Origin: Candidatus Latescibacterota bacterium
GTDB lineage: Bacteria; Latescibacterota; UBA2968; GCA-2709665
Reading direction: 5' to 3'
Assembly (NCBI GenBank): GCA_965205485.1
Contig: OZ242180.1
Location: 3,552,001-3,616,000, forward strand
DNA: 64,000 nt
Shown here: in pieces, positions 1-9,298 of the stretch
Numbering within the stretch: the stretch's first letter is position 1
Layout of the letters: the number at the start of each line of letters is the position of its first letter
Translations under genes and position numbers: made by a program
The notes under the pieces: generated by a model
The model's database searches: none
Told to the model about the DNA's origin: nothing
What the model saw: the letters and a program-made list of their open reading frames with translations, nothing else

Positions 1-122
1 ATAAGTGTAGAGACAAGCTGTATAAGTCGGACCGGATCTGTATGAACTGTGAGAAGGGTAACTGCGCAAACCCACGGGGCATACACGGGAATCCGATGGT
101 GATACAGAGGAGCTACGCATAG
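1..122 (+). CDS. 3' end of an unknown Cys-rich protein (partial)
   Basis: Frame 3 is open from the window edge to TAG at 120-122 (KCRDKLYKSDRICMNCEKGNCANPRG...), followed by a terminator-like hairpin. Confidence 0.4.
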   Translation, partial: KCRDKLYKSDRICMNCEKGNCANPRGIHGNPMVIQRSYA

Positions 123-150
123 AACAAGCTTCGGCGCAATGGGCTGAACC

Positions 151-194
151 GAAAGAACCACCTGTCTCCGAACGAGTCGGGTGGTTCTTTCTTT
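151..194. terminator. Probable bidirectional intrinsic terminator
   Basis: Inverted repeat GAAAGAACCACC...GGTGGTTCTTTC with a T-rich tail, lying between convergent genes. Confidence 0.6.
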
Positions 195-232
195 GACGAT
201 CCCTTGGGATGCTCGCGGGGGCCTGACCGCCG

Positions 233-941
233 CTAAGTTCGCGGTACGTTGCCGTCGTAGGGCCGTTCTCCGCGCACCAGCATCCGGTGGGGATTCACCA
301 TGTCGGAGATTTCGTCCACGCTGTGGTAGCCCATGGTCATACTCATCCGGGTGCCGTCCGTGTGATTCTGCCCGACGCCGTGCATGATCATGCTGTCGAT
401 GACGAGCATGCCGCCTTCGGGCATTGGCGCGGGCAGGGCCTGGTCCAGGAGATCCAGGGTCCATGATTCGTCGTACAGACGGCCGCCGACGCCCGGGAAA
501 TGGTGGGACCCGGGCACGACCAGCGTGCATCCGTTTTCGACGGTTGTTTCCTCCAGATAGAAGATAACCGTGACGATCGTCCTGGACCACTGCCTGACGT
601 CGCGGTGCATTCTCTCCGGCCGGTCCTCGGAGGCCAGGCGGAGCGTGGCGTGGTTGTGCCGGTTTTTGATGAGTTCGATGTTGGGCCCCAGAAGGGATTC
701 CAGGGGATCCAGGACCAGTCGGGCAGGTGGCGGTTTCGAGGAAAACAGGGTCTCTGTCCACGATGCCCGAGAGCCGTATGATCCGTCCTTCGGGGTCTCG
801 AACGGCCGGTTCCACCTCCTCGCGTATATTCCTCCAGATCGCATTTCTGAGCATTTTCGACTGCTCCTCGGGAAGCCGGTCTTTCAATTTGAGGAATCCG
901 TTGTGGCGAAACAGGTGGATTTGCTCCGATGTGAGTTTCAT
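233..941 (-). CDS. Phytanoyl-CoA dioxygenase (PhyH) family protein, frameshifted near 719
   Basis: The N-terminus MKLTSEQIHLFRHNGFLKL starts at 941 in one frame. The catalytic part (HRD, ENGCTLVVPGSH, distal H in MHGVG) is in ORF 233..844. Confidence 0.8.
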
Positions 942-974
942 AAGAAACGACCCGATCGGGATAATTTAAAGGAT

Positions 975-1090
975 GCTATCAGCTATCAGCGGTCAGCCGT
1001 CAGCCAAAAGCGTCTTATGGCAAGGTCTGGCGATGGTAATCGCCGATATCACAACCGCCATGTGGGCAACCACAAGGGTTGCCCCTACAA
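975..1090. repeat. Composite repeat: GCNNTCA heptamer array plus GTAG-type REP
   Basis: gctatca-gctatca-gcggtca-gccgtca-gccaaaagcg ... accgccatgtgggcaaccacaagggttgcccctacaa, with a second copy at 40609-40724. Confidence 0.75.
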
Positions 1091-1170
1091 GCGCTTCTTT
1101 ATCATACCTGCGGCGTCTTCCTGCCTTTCTTCCTTTTTCCTTCCTCCTTCTTCCTTTTTCCCTCTTCCTT

Positions 1171-2472
1171 CTACGCTTCATCAACCGTCACCGCCACCCG
1201 GTGCATCGAGTTGTTGAGATAGCCCCGCGGATTCCATGCGATCGCGTGCGGCTGGCTTACGCCGTGCGAGTCGGTCGCCCTGGCCCAGACCTCGTAATAT
1301 CCCGCCTGAGGAAACGTGACTCTGGCCCGCCAGTTCTGCCATGCGTACGCGTTTAACGGTTCATCCAGCATTGCCTTCGTCCACGTCGCGCCGAAGTCGA
1401 TCGAAAGATGCACGGAATTCACCCGCCGGTCGCCGGCCCACGCGTGTCCGCGGACGGCCAGCGACCTGCCGTCCGTTCTATGCCCGTCGGCCGGACTCGT
1501 GATCAGAGACTTCACCGGCATGCCGTGTATGATGTCGAAATCCTTCTCATCCACTTTCTCGCCGCGTGCAATCGGACGATTGGGGACCCGGTAGGACGTG
1601 CCGGTCATTTTCGGGCCGTCGTGGACCCGGTCCCGCAGCCGGATGCGGGTCAGCCACTTCTGCGAGCAGGACCCGGGCCACCCCGGCACGATCAGCCTCA
1701 GCGGGGCGCCGTTCATCGGATGGATGGGCTTGCCGTTCTGCTCGAAGGCGATGAGATTGTGTTCGTCCATGGCCTTCGCGATCGGGACGCCCCGGGACAG
1801 GGGCAACTTGCCTGGCTCCCCGGTGAGGTGGGTGTCGGCGCCTTCATGCGCGGTGTAGACGACGTTCGCCTTGACGCCTGCGGCCTTGAGGACGTCGGCG
1901 AGCCGTACTCCCGTCCATTCCGAGCAGCCAACGGCGCCGTAGGTCCACGGGTCTCCCTTCGCGGGAGGATCGAAGAATGCGCGGCCATTGCCGCCGCACT
2001 CCAGCACAAGCGCGCGCGTGACGACGTCAAACTTCCTTTTGAGTTCGTCGATGCCCATCATCGTCGGTCTGTCCACCAGGCCGTCGATGGCCAGCATCCA
2101 TCCGGCCGCATCGGTCTTTACCGGGGGAACGCCGTTATTCCGGATAAAATGCCGTGCTGTCGGCGTAATGGCGTCATCCAGCAGGTGGGCCGGCGTTTCC
2201 GCGTTTAGAGGTCGTTCGTTGATCACGACGAGGCCGTCTTTGCCGCGAGTGACCCTTTCGCCGGCGAGTACGGAAGGGATAAAGTGCGCCGGCATGTAGC
2301 GTTGAAAGGGGATTGTCGAGCCGACCATGGCCCCCATCACCGCCAGTCCCGCACCCTTCAGGAATCCACGCCTGTCGGAACAGGTCTCGCGGCCGAAGAG
2401 AAGCCTGTCGGCCTTGTCCGGATCGCGTCGGTAGAGTTCGAACAATCCCGGACAATCGGTATCCTTTTTCAT
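1171..2472 (-). CDS. Tat-exported sulfite oxidase family molybdoenzyme (SorA/SoxC-like)
   Basis: Twin-arginine motif DRRGFLKG, NAETP, HFIRNNG, Mo-ligand LECGGNGR, GAPLRLIVPGW..QKWL and a C-terminal dimerisation domain. Confidence 0.9.
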   Translation of the reverse strand: MKKDTDCPGLFELYRRDPDKADRLLFGRETCSDRRGFLKGAGLAVMGAMVGSTIPFQRYMPAHFIPSVLAGERVTRGKDGLVVINERPLNAETPAHLLDDAITPTARHFIRNNGVPPVKTDAAGWMLAIDGLVDRPTMMGIDELKRKFDVVTRALVLECGGNGRAFFDPPAKGDPWTYGAVGCSEWTGVRLADVLKAAGVKANVVYTAHEGADTHLTGEPGKLPLSRGVPIAKAMDEHNLIAFEQNGKPIHPMNGAPLRLIVPGWPGSCSQKWLTRIRLRDRVHDGPKMTGTSYRVPNRPIARGEKVDEKDFDIIHGMPVKSLITSPADGHRTDGRSLAVRGHAWAGDRRVNSVHLSIDFGATWTKAMLDEPLNAYAWQNWRARVTFPQAGYYEVWARATDSHGVSQPHAIAWNPRGYLNNSMHRVAVTVDEA

Positions 2473-2558
2473 CGTCTGTCCTCGTCCTGCTGCATGCGTG
2501 CAAACCAACGTGGTCCGTAAGGTCGCCTGGGCGTGTATTCGGTTCCGGATGGTCCGGT

Positions 2559-3455
2559 TCAATTTCCGAATAACCGCCTGGCATTGAGTGTCAGCGTCCA
2601 GAGACGGGCGCCGGCGAACGAGTTGTGACTGGAGAAATCGGGGTCGATACTGTGCATTGGATGAATTTCGTACTCCCCCCGGACGTCCACGCCGCCGGTC
2701 AGGGAATATGTAAGATTCAATCCCAGCATCGTCCTGCCGCCGACCGGATATTCCGCGCCCGCGTGAAAGTTCACGATAAGAACCACGTCGCCGAGGTCGC
2801 CTTCCTGCCGGCCGTTGTAGAACGATAGCGGAGGATCGTATACCTGGCCGCTGGCGGACGTCTCCGTATGGTTGTCGGAGTAGTGCGTTCCGGTCATCGC
2901 TACGTGCGCCGCCCCCAGCCCAACGCCGACGTAGGGTGAAATAACGCGTTGACCGCCAGGAAGATCGTAGTACGCGTTGAGCGAAAGCGAGCGTACGACG
3001 AGATCGTCGATCGAAGACCGGGTGTTGGAGTCGATCGTTCCGTCTTCACGGTCTTCCATGGGCATGCCATCGAAATTGGTGACGCTTTGAAAGATCTGGT
3101 CGATGCCATTCTTTCGCTGCGATATCGCAAGTTCCACGCGCTTGCGATCAAGGATGCGTCCGATCGAGACCTGGAACGCGTGTCCCGAGGCGCCTTCGTT
3201 GATGTACCGCCACCGGTACCCCGAGATCGTGGGAATGGGATCCAGATCGAAACATGCGTCCGTCGGATAGCAGAACGTGTCCCGATTCCAGCCTTCCTGA
3301 TCGATGTCGTTCGCTCGATTCAATCCCAGCGTCGCGCCGGCGTACCACCCGGAGCGCGGATTTTCGGGGGGCTCTGATTGCGACCACGCGATGGAATTCT
3401 GACAGATTGACTGTAACGCGACGGCGGCGGAAAAGACCAACAGCGCAAAACGCAT
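2559..3455 (-). CDS. Outer-membrane beta-barrel protein (opacity/OmpA-like)
   Basis: Signal peptide, GWYAGATLG, LSLNAYYDL, SPYVGVGLG and C-terminal LNARRLF. Confidence 0.7.
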   Translation of the reverse strand: MRFALLVFSAAVALQSICQNSIAWSQSEPPENPRSGWYAGATLGLNRANDIDQEGWNRDTFCYPTDACFDLDPIPTISGYRWRYINEGASGHAFQVSIGRILDRKRVELAISQRKNGIDQIFQSVTNFDGMPMEDREDGTIDSNTRSSIDDLVVRSLSLNAYYDLPGGQRVISPYVGVGLGAAHVAMTGTHYSDNHTETSASGQVYDPPLSFYNGRQEGDLGDVVLIVNFHAGAEYPVGGRTMLGLNLTYSLTGGVDVRGEYEIHPMHSIDPDFSSHNSFAGARLWTLTLNARRLFGN

Positions 3456-3756
3456 TGGGAACCCTCTCCGAGAACGCCCCGCGCCTGCGCCGCTCTGCCG
3501 CACAGCCCGGGAAGTGGCAGCTTCCCTTCAGTTGGACCCCCGGAATATCCTAATTCGAATCCTGTAAAGTCAAGTCTGTTTTCCGAATGGATGCAAGGCG
3601 CCGGATTCGCAGTGGCCCTTCGCTGCTCCTGACGTTCCCGATTGCCGCGGACCGGATTGAACGTTAATTTGCCGGAACCGCACGGCCGGATGTGCTTGTC
3701 TTGCGGCACTCTACGAAGTCACGAACCAATCTGTGGTACCATAGGGAGGAATTTAT

Positions 3757-5424
3757 ATGCTGACCTGTGACGCCGGGCTGCCGCTTCTCGACGCGAGGGT
3801 AACATCGATCCTTTCCGCGCAGGTCCTGGACCGCTCGCGGACCGACTTCGGCGGATTTGTGAGCCAGGGCGTAGCAGGAGGGACCGGAGTGGGGCAGGTC
3901 GTTCCTTTGTGCTATGCCTATCTCATGGAAGGATCCGTACACTATCGAAGTGCCGAGCTGCTCGAGCGAATTCTCCTTGGAGCCGGGTTCGGCCGGAGGG
4001 TCCGTCGGGAGTCCGGGCTGTTCGACCTGGTGGAGACCAACTTCGATTCGGCGCCGGACACCGGCTTTCTGGTGCAACTGATGTCGCCGGTCGTGGCGGC
4101 GGCGCGTGAAGCTGCCGACGATGAAGGCGCCGGAGAGATCGCCGGGGCGTTGGGGGAACTGATCCGGACGGCGACGCCCGGGTTGGCCGCGGGCGGTTTC
4201 CATACGCCCAACCACCGGTGGGTACTGGTCTCGGCGCTGGCGCAGGCGAGGGTGTTGTTTCCGGATCTGGACGTTATGGACACGATCGAGGCATACCTGG
4301 CGGAGACCATCGACATCAATGCGGACGGGGAATATACCGAGCGGAGCACGGGGGTCTACAACGCGGTCTGCAACCGGTCGCTCCGGATCGCCGCGGAGGC
4401 GCTGGACAGGCCGGAATTACTGGGACCAGTGCGCAAGAACCTGGAGCTTTCGTACCATCTCCTGCATGCGGACGGTTCGGTGATTACAAGTGTGTCCCGA
4501 AGGCAGGACCGTGGACAGCGGACGGTCCCGGTCGGCCTGGCGGACACCTACTATGCATTGGGCCGAATGGAGAACAACGGGTTTTATGCGGCGGTCGCCG
4601 ACTGGCTGTTCGACCTTGAGCCGGGCGGGTTGCCCTGGACGCTGCATCCATTCCTGGAACACCCGGAATGGCGCGAAGATACCCTGAAACGCGAGGCGTT
4701 GCCCGAGTCCTATAGGAAGGTGTTTCCGGTATCCGGCTTATGGCGGGTGCGACGGGGCAGATTGAGCGCGACAGTGGCTTCCGGTATTACAGGGGCCTTC
4801 AGTCTGAAGTACGGCGAAGCTGAATTGTCGGCGGTGACGGTGTGCGCCAGTTACTACAGCACGGGGCATTTTGTGGGTGAGGATTTTCGCGAGTCGGAGG
4901 ACGGGATTCGGATGATGCACCCCGGCAGGGGGTGGCACTACGACAGTCCCGGATATTTCCATCCGCTGGGTGAACCCGTAAAACAGTCACAGTGGGAGGA
5001 GGCGCGATGGAATCGAAGATTCACGCCCGTTCCGCCGCTGTCGATGGATCTGATCGTGAAAGAAGTGGAAGGCGGGTTCGACCTGCGGATACAGGCGGAT
5101 GCGCTGGACAGGGTGCCGCTACAGTTCGCGTGCGATTTCGCCCCTGGAGGGGAGCTCGATCTCGACGGCGGTGCGATGCAGGGCATCGCCGGTCAGACCG
5201 TGTTCCTGAAGTCCGGGTACGCGATCTACCACGTCGTCGACGACGCGATCACGATAGGGCCGGGCGCATTTGCCCACCGGATGTGGCGGATGCGCGGGAG
5301 CGAACAGGCGCCGCAGGGGTTCCGGGTTCTGATTGCGCTGGTGACGCCCGCGGATCGGATCCTGGAGGTCCGATGCGGCGCGTGGTCCGCGGCGACGGAA
5401 GGAATATTGAAGAGCGACGATTGA
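3757..5424 (+). CDS. Hypothetical protein, possibly heparinase II/III- or lyase-like
   Basis: 555-aa ORF with GGAGG RBS. GGFHTPNHRWV and DGEYTERSTGVYN motifs resemble the N-domains of polysaccharide lyase-like proteins. Confidence 0.6.
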   Translation: MLTCDAGLPLLDARVTSILSAQVLDRSRTDFGGFVSQGVAGGTGVGQVVPLCYAYLMEGSVHYRSAELLERILLGAGFGRRVRRESGLFDLVETNFDSAPDTGFLVQLMSPVVAAAREAADDEGAGEIAGALGELIRTATPGLAAGGFHTPNHRWVLVSALAQARVLFPDLDVMDTIEAYLAETIDINADGEYTERSTGVYNAVCNRSLRIAAEALDRPELLGPVRKNLELSYHLLHADGSVITSVSRRQDRGQRTVPVGLADTYYALGRMENNGFYAAVADWLFDLEPGGLPWTLHPFLEHPEWREDTLKREALPESYRKVFPVSGLWRVRRGRLSATVASGITGAFSLKYGEAELSAVTVCASYYSTGHFVGEDFRESEDGIRMMHPGRGWHYDSPGYFHPLGEPVKQSQWEEARWNRRFTPVPPLSMDLIVKEVEGGFDLRIQADALDRVPLQFACDFAPGGELDLDGGAMQGIAGQTVFLKSGYAIYHVVDDAITIGPGAFAHRMWRMRGSEQAPQGFRVLIALVTPADRILEVRCGAWSAATEGILKSDD

Positions 5425-5431
5425 GCGCAAG

Positions 5432-6913
5432 TCAGGGCCCATGGCCTGGCAACTGAGAAAAATCGAACCGGTTGCATCCGTCCGGAGGGATAAACGGGGC
5501 CACGGAATGGGGCGCGGGGCCGGTTCCGGAACGCCGTATCAGATCACGCGCCCGGTTCTGTCTTTCGGCATCATTGAGCATGCGCTCGGCGGACCACCGC
5601 GCGTGTATTCTGTCCTGAAGATCCGCCGCGATCTTCCGGCAGTCCGGGTCCTGCGCCCGGTCGTGCATTTCGCCCGGATCCTGGTCCATATTGAAAAGCT
5701 GGCAGGACCGGAACTCGTGATAGTAGTTCAGCTTCCAGGGCCCGCAGCGGACCATGCAGGCGGGTTGATCGCCGAGGAGCCCGATGTATTCTGAATAAAC
5801 TTCATCGGGCCAGTCCGGAATCGGGGCGTCGTCACCAAGAAAGCCGGCGAAGCTTCTGCCGGAGACATCCGGCAGCGGCGGGGCGCCGGCGAGTTCCAGG
5901 AGCGTAGGGCCGACGTCGATGAGACTGATGACCGCATCGTTACGGCCGCACTGAACTTGACCTGGCAGGGAGACGATAAGGGGGACGCGGGCCGAGCCGT
6001 CGTAAAAACTGCTCTTCCACCACATGCCGTGTTCGCAGGCCATATCTCCGTGGTCGGAGCAGTAGACGATGATTGTGTTTTCGGCTGCCGGGGAGGCTCT
6101 CACCGCCCTGACGATCCTACCGACGTTCCCGTCGAGCTCCGTGACCAGTCCGTAGTAAGCCGCCAGTGCCCGCCGGTTCTGTTCGGGCGTCAATTCGTCT
6201 ACCCCCCGGCGCGCGCGCCAGTTCCGCATAGCGGGATGGAGGGCGTCCAGATACGCGGGAGATACGGGCTCCGGGAGAGGGATTTCCTCCATGTAGCGGT
6301 CGAACAGGGGTCTGGAACAGATGAGCGGGTTGTGGGGCAGTATCAGGCCGACGACCAGGCAGTGGGGTTGACCGTCCCCCGTCCATGATGAAATGTCGTT
6401 GCACGCCGTTTCCGTGACACTGTCGTCGAAGGCCTGGTACCCCGTGGTTCCGTATCCGGCGACCTCAACGGCGTATTTCGACTGCCCGGTCGTACGGTTG
6501 TTTCCCGATCCCCGGATTTCCGGAGAAAGCGTCCCGCCGCAGTCGGCGTGGATGCGTTTCCCAAAACCGTGAAGCTGATCCGGCCCAATAAAGTGCATCC
6601 TGCCGCACAGGACGGTCTCGTAGCCCGCCACAGCCAGCGCGTGGGCAAACGTGGGGGTCTGCGGCGAGAGCGTCCCACTGTTGTCGAATGCGCCCACTTC
6701 GCTCGGGTAGCTGGCTGCCAGGAACCCCGCCCTGGACGGAGCGCAGAGCGGATAGGGACAGTAGACGTTCGTGAATCGAGCGCCCTGTCCGTCGAGCGCA
6801 TCCAGGTTGGGGGTCCGCACAATCGGGTTGCCGGCGCAGCCCATCACGTTCGCGTTGTGCTGGTCCGATATGATGAGCACGATATTCGGCTGACTGCCCG
6901 TTGTCCTTGCCAT
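5432..6913 (-). CDS. Formylglycine-dependent sulfatase (choline-sulfatase-like)
   Basis: PNIVLIISDQH, CxPxR motif (LCAPSR), GRMHF, SDHGDM and RVPLIV. Confidence 0.9.
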   Translation of the reverse strand: MARTTGSQPNIVLIISDQHNANVMGCAGNPIVRTPNLDALDGQGARFTNVYCPYPLCAPSRAGFLAASYPSEVGAFDNSGTLSPQTPTFAHALAVAGYETVLCGRMHFIGPDQLHGFGKRIHADCGGTLSPEIRGSGNNRTTGQSKYAVEVAGYGTTGYQAFDDSVTETACNDISSWTGDGQPHCLVVGLILPHNPLICSRPLFDRYMEEIPLPEPVSPAYLDALHPAMRNWRARRGVDELTPEQNRRALAAYYGLVTELDGNVGRIVRAVRASPAAENTIIVYCSDHGDMACEHGMWWKSSFYDGSARVPLIVSLPGQVQCGRNDAVISLIDVGPTLLELAGAPPLPDVSGRSFAGFLGDDAPIPDWPDEVYSEYIGLLGDQPACMVRCGPWKLNYYHEFRSCQLFNMDQDPGEMHDRAQDPDCRKIAADLQDRIHARWSAERMLNDAERQNRARDLIRRSGTGPAPHSVAPFIPPDGCNRFDFSQLPGHGP

Positions 6914-6965
6914 ATCTCGCCTGCGACTTACCGTATTTTTTTCCTTCGACCCTGTCCGGCGTTAG

Positions 6966-7064
6966 CAGTCCGTTGATAAAGTCGCTCTGCAGGCGAGGCC
7001 GCGCAACGCAGTATTTCGACCGCAAGGGCCGGCCGTAGCCCGGATGGGCTTTTTCAACGGGCTG
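6966..7064. mobile_element. MITE family 1, 99-bp internally deleted copy
   Basis: Imperfect TIRs CAGTCCGTTGATAAAG / CTTTTTCAACGGGCTG, with TTAG duplicated on both flanks. The full copy is at 53471-53630. Confidence 0.8.
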
Positions 7065-8219
7065 TTAGGGATCGGTCACGGATTTCTCCCGATTCCAGCG
7101 GGCTTTGTTTTTCTTCATTTCTTCATTCAGCGTGACGGTGCGCGAGGTGGTCTCCGTGCGCGCGTCGTACAACCATCGTCCCCGGTTGTCGCGGAGAACC
7201 GGCATCCGCTGGTCCACGGCCGGCGGCGGGGCGACGGCCCGGGGCCGGTCGCCGTACCAGTAGGCCACGCTGCTCATCTCGTTGCACAGATGGTTTCCGT
7301 GGCCGTGCTCGATGGTCACCCTGATTTCCCGCTCGAAGCGGACCGGATTCTCCAGGTGGTGGACGTAGCTGGTCTGGTAGCCGTCGGTATCGCCTTCGTA
7401 GATTGAGGAGCCATTCCGCAGGAAGGCGTTGGGTTGCATACCCCATGCCTGGTTCAGATAGTCCTCGCTGCCGGTGCCGTGCAGGTGGGGCGGCCACCTA
7501 TACCCGTCCACCCAGATCATGTCGTCGCCCTCGCCCCACCAGGTGCCCTGGAAATTGGTGACGCTGAGATTGCAGCCGATGTAGTGGCCGCGCCCCTCGG
7601 CGTCCAGGATCACGTAGTTATTTTCCCATGCCTCCCGTCCCGTATTGACGATATCCGCTTCCGGCGAGTTCACCCGGATTTCGTGTCCCCATCCGCCGAA
7701 GGGGTTTTCGCGACGGAATTCAGCGTGGAAATACCCTGTGTCGGCCGGCACGCCATCGGGACAGGTCTCCCAGTCCACGTAGAAGTACTGCCGGTGCGGC
7801 TCGTCGCTTTCGTTGACCAGTTCGAACCGTGCCCTCTTGTGAAAGGGCATGGGAACGTACGCGTTGAGCGCACAGCCGGTTTCGAACTGGTTGTTGCTAT
7901 TGGTCGACGCGGTGAAGAGCAATGACTGGTAGGAGTTGACGATGCCGTGGCCCAGCCCGAAGAAGTCGCCAAGGGGACACAGTACGCTTGGTTCCTCCGC
8001 ATCGTCATAGGTGATTTTCAGCAGGCACTCCCGGTAGTGGTTGCTCTGGGTAAACCAGAGATGGGTGATGCATGCGGGGCCTTCGACGTCGGCCAGAATC
8101 CGGGTCTCACCCGGTTCCAGGGTCCACGCGTCACTGTTTCGCCCGGTCGTGTCCCATGAGGAGTGGCGTCCGGTGCGATTCGACTTGAGACGGGCGAGCC
8201 CGCCCGGGATATTGTACAT
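7065..8219 (-). CDS. DUF2961 / glycoside hydrolase family 172 protein
   Basis: SSWDTTGRNSD, PLGDFFG, WWGEGDDMI, HGTGSEDY and IEHGHGN motifs. Confidence 0.85.
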   Translation of the reverse strand: MYNIPGGLARLKSNRTGRHSSWDTTGRNSDAWTLEPGETRILADVEGPACITHLWFTQSNHYRECLLKITYDDAEEPSVLCPLGDFFGLGHGIVNSYQSLLFTASTNSNNQFETGCALNAYVPMPFHKRARFELVNESDEPHRQYFYVDWETCPDGVPADTGYFHAEFRRENPFGGWGHEIRVNSPEADIVNTGREAWENNYVILDAEGRGHYIGCNLSVTNFQGTWWGEGDDMIWVDGYRWPPHLHGTGSEDYLNQAWGMQPNAFLRNGSSIYEGDTDGYQTSYVHHLENPVRFEREIRVTIEHGHGNHLCNEMSSVAYWYGDRPRAVAPPPAVDQRMPVLRDNRGRWLYDARTETTSRTVTLNEEMKKNKARWNREKSVTDP

Positions 8220-8250
8220 GTCAGGCTCCTGAGTCGGGAAAAACTAAAAA

Positions 8251-8286
8251 CATGAACTTACATGGATGGACAGGATGTGCAGGATA
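8251..8286. repeat. Dispersed ACATGGATGGACAGGAT repeat
   Basis: Close inverse copy at 13651-13686, further copies at 34476-34502 and 52103-52123. Confidence 0.7.
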
Positions 8287-8374
8287 GAGACATAATGGCT
8301 TGGTGCGGCTTCGTTTTGCCTGGCCGCAACCAGATAGGTGGAAGTGAACACGCGGGACAGTTCATCGGTGTAGT

Positions 8375-8462
8375 CACTCCCCCCTTGAGGGGGAGTCGCA
8401 GAAGCCGATCCGGTCCCTGAGCTTGTCGAAGGGCCCGGGACGGCTTCTGCGGAGGGGGGATT
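8375..8462. repeat. Palindromic REP-like element
   Basis: ACTCCCCCCTTGAGGGGGAGT hairpin, then CGCAGAAGCCG...CGGCTTCTGCG enclosing CCCTGAGCTTGTCGAAGGG. Confidence 0.5.
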
Positions 8463-8593
8463 TCAAAGCCTTTCCCCCGCTAAGAGCAATGGAGCGAGGG
8501 CATCCTGCCCTCGAACTTCGCGTCATCCACCTCTATTCGCGTCAAGGTCCTGAATGGGACAGCGACGCTCTGAATGCCCGGACTGTCGTTTAT

Positions 8594-9253
8594 TTACAAC
8601 AACCCCTTCCTTCGCTTGGACTCGATCACTTCGTCCACGAATCGCGGTCCGCAGAAGGCCTCCAGACTCCCGCCCGGGAAGCGCGTCGCCCACTCGTACA
8701 GCTCGCGTATTCGTCCTTCATCGAATTCCGCTACCGGCGGTTCGGCGCGGACCGCGTCCAGTTGCTCGATAACAGCGTGGGCAATCCTGGCGTAAAGTCG
8801 GTCAGAACGATCTGTCACGTTGGAAGCGCCGTCCCGCGCTTCCTGGTACCAGGACATCGCATTGAACCCGAGCACACGGACGCGTGGGTAGAAGGAGCAC
8901 ATCAGGTTCCAGGCGTCGCCATCCTTGTCCTGGTCCCCGGAGGAACGGAAGTCGGAGCGCAGAATCACCGACGGGATGTCCAGGAACTTGGCTACCATGA
9001 ACTCCACCACCGTACCGGAATCCAGGTCCGTCCCGTCGAAGTTGAACAGGCCCAGGTCGCACGCCATCACCTGCTTCAGGTCCTGGTTCCGGATGTCGAC
9101 AGCCCGACCGGTGGCTTGTTCCAGGTGCTGCGGTACGACGCAGTTGTACCGGCAGTCCGAATGGCGCTCGATGGCCTCAGCCAGAATGGCGTTGCCGATG
9201 AGATGCTTGTGGTCGAAGAGCTCACCGGCGAAATAGACGCTGTAAGCGTTCAT
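8594..9253 (-). CDS. Nucleoside 2-deoxyribosyltransferase family protein
   Basis: VYFAGELF, IRNQDLKQV, FDGTDLDSGTVVEF and a GAGAGG RBS. Confidence 0.8.
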   Translation of the reverse strand: MNAYSVYFAGELFDHKHLIGNAILAEAIERHSDCRYNCVVPQHLEQATGRAVDIRNQDLKQVMACDLGLFNFDGTDLDSGTVVEFMVAKFLDIPSVILRSDFRSSGDQDKDGDAWNLMCSFYPRVRVLGFNAMSWYQEARDGASNVTDRSDRLYARIAHAVIEQLDAVRAEPPVAEFDEGRIRELYEWATRFPGGSLEAFCGPRFVDEVIESKRRKGLL

Positions 9254-9298
9254 GCCGGGGTTCCTCTCGCTAAAGGCTGTCATGCAGATTGCGCGTGT

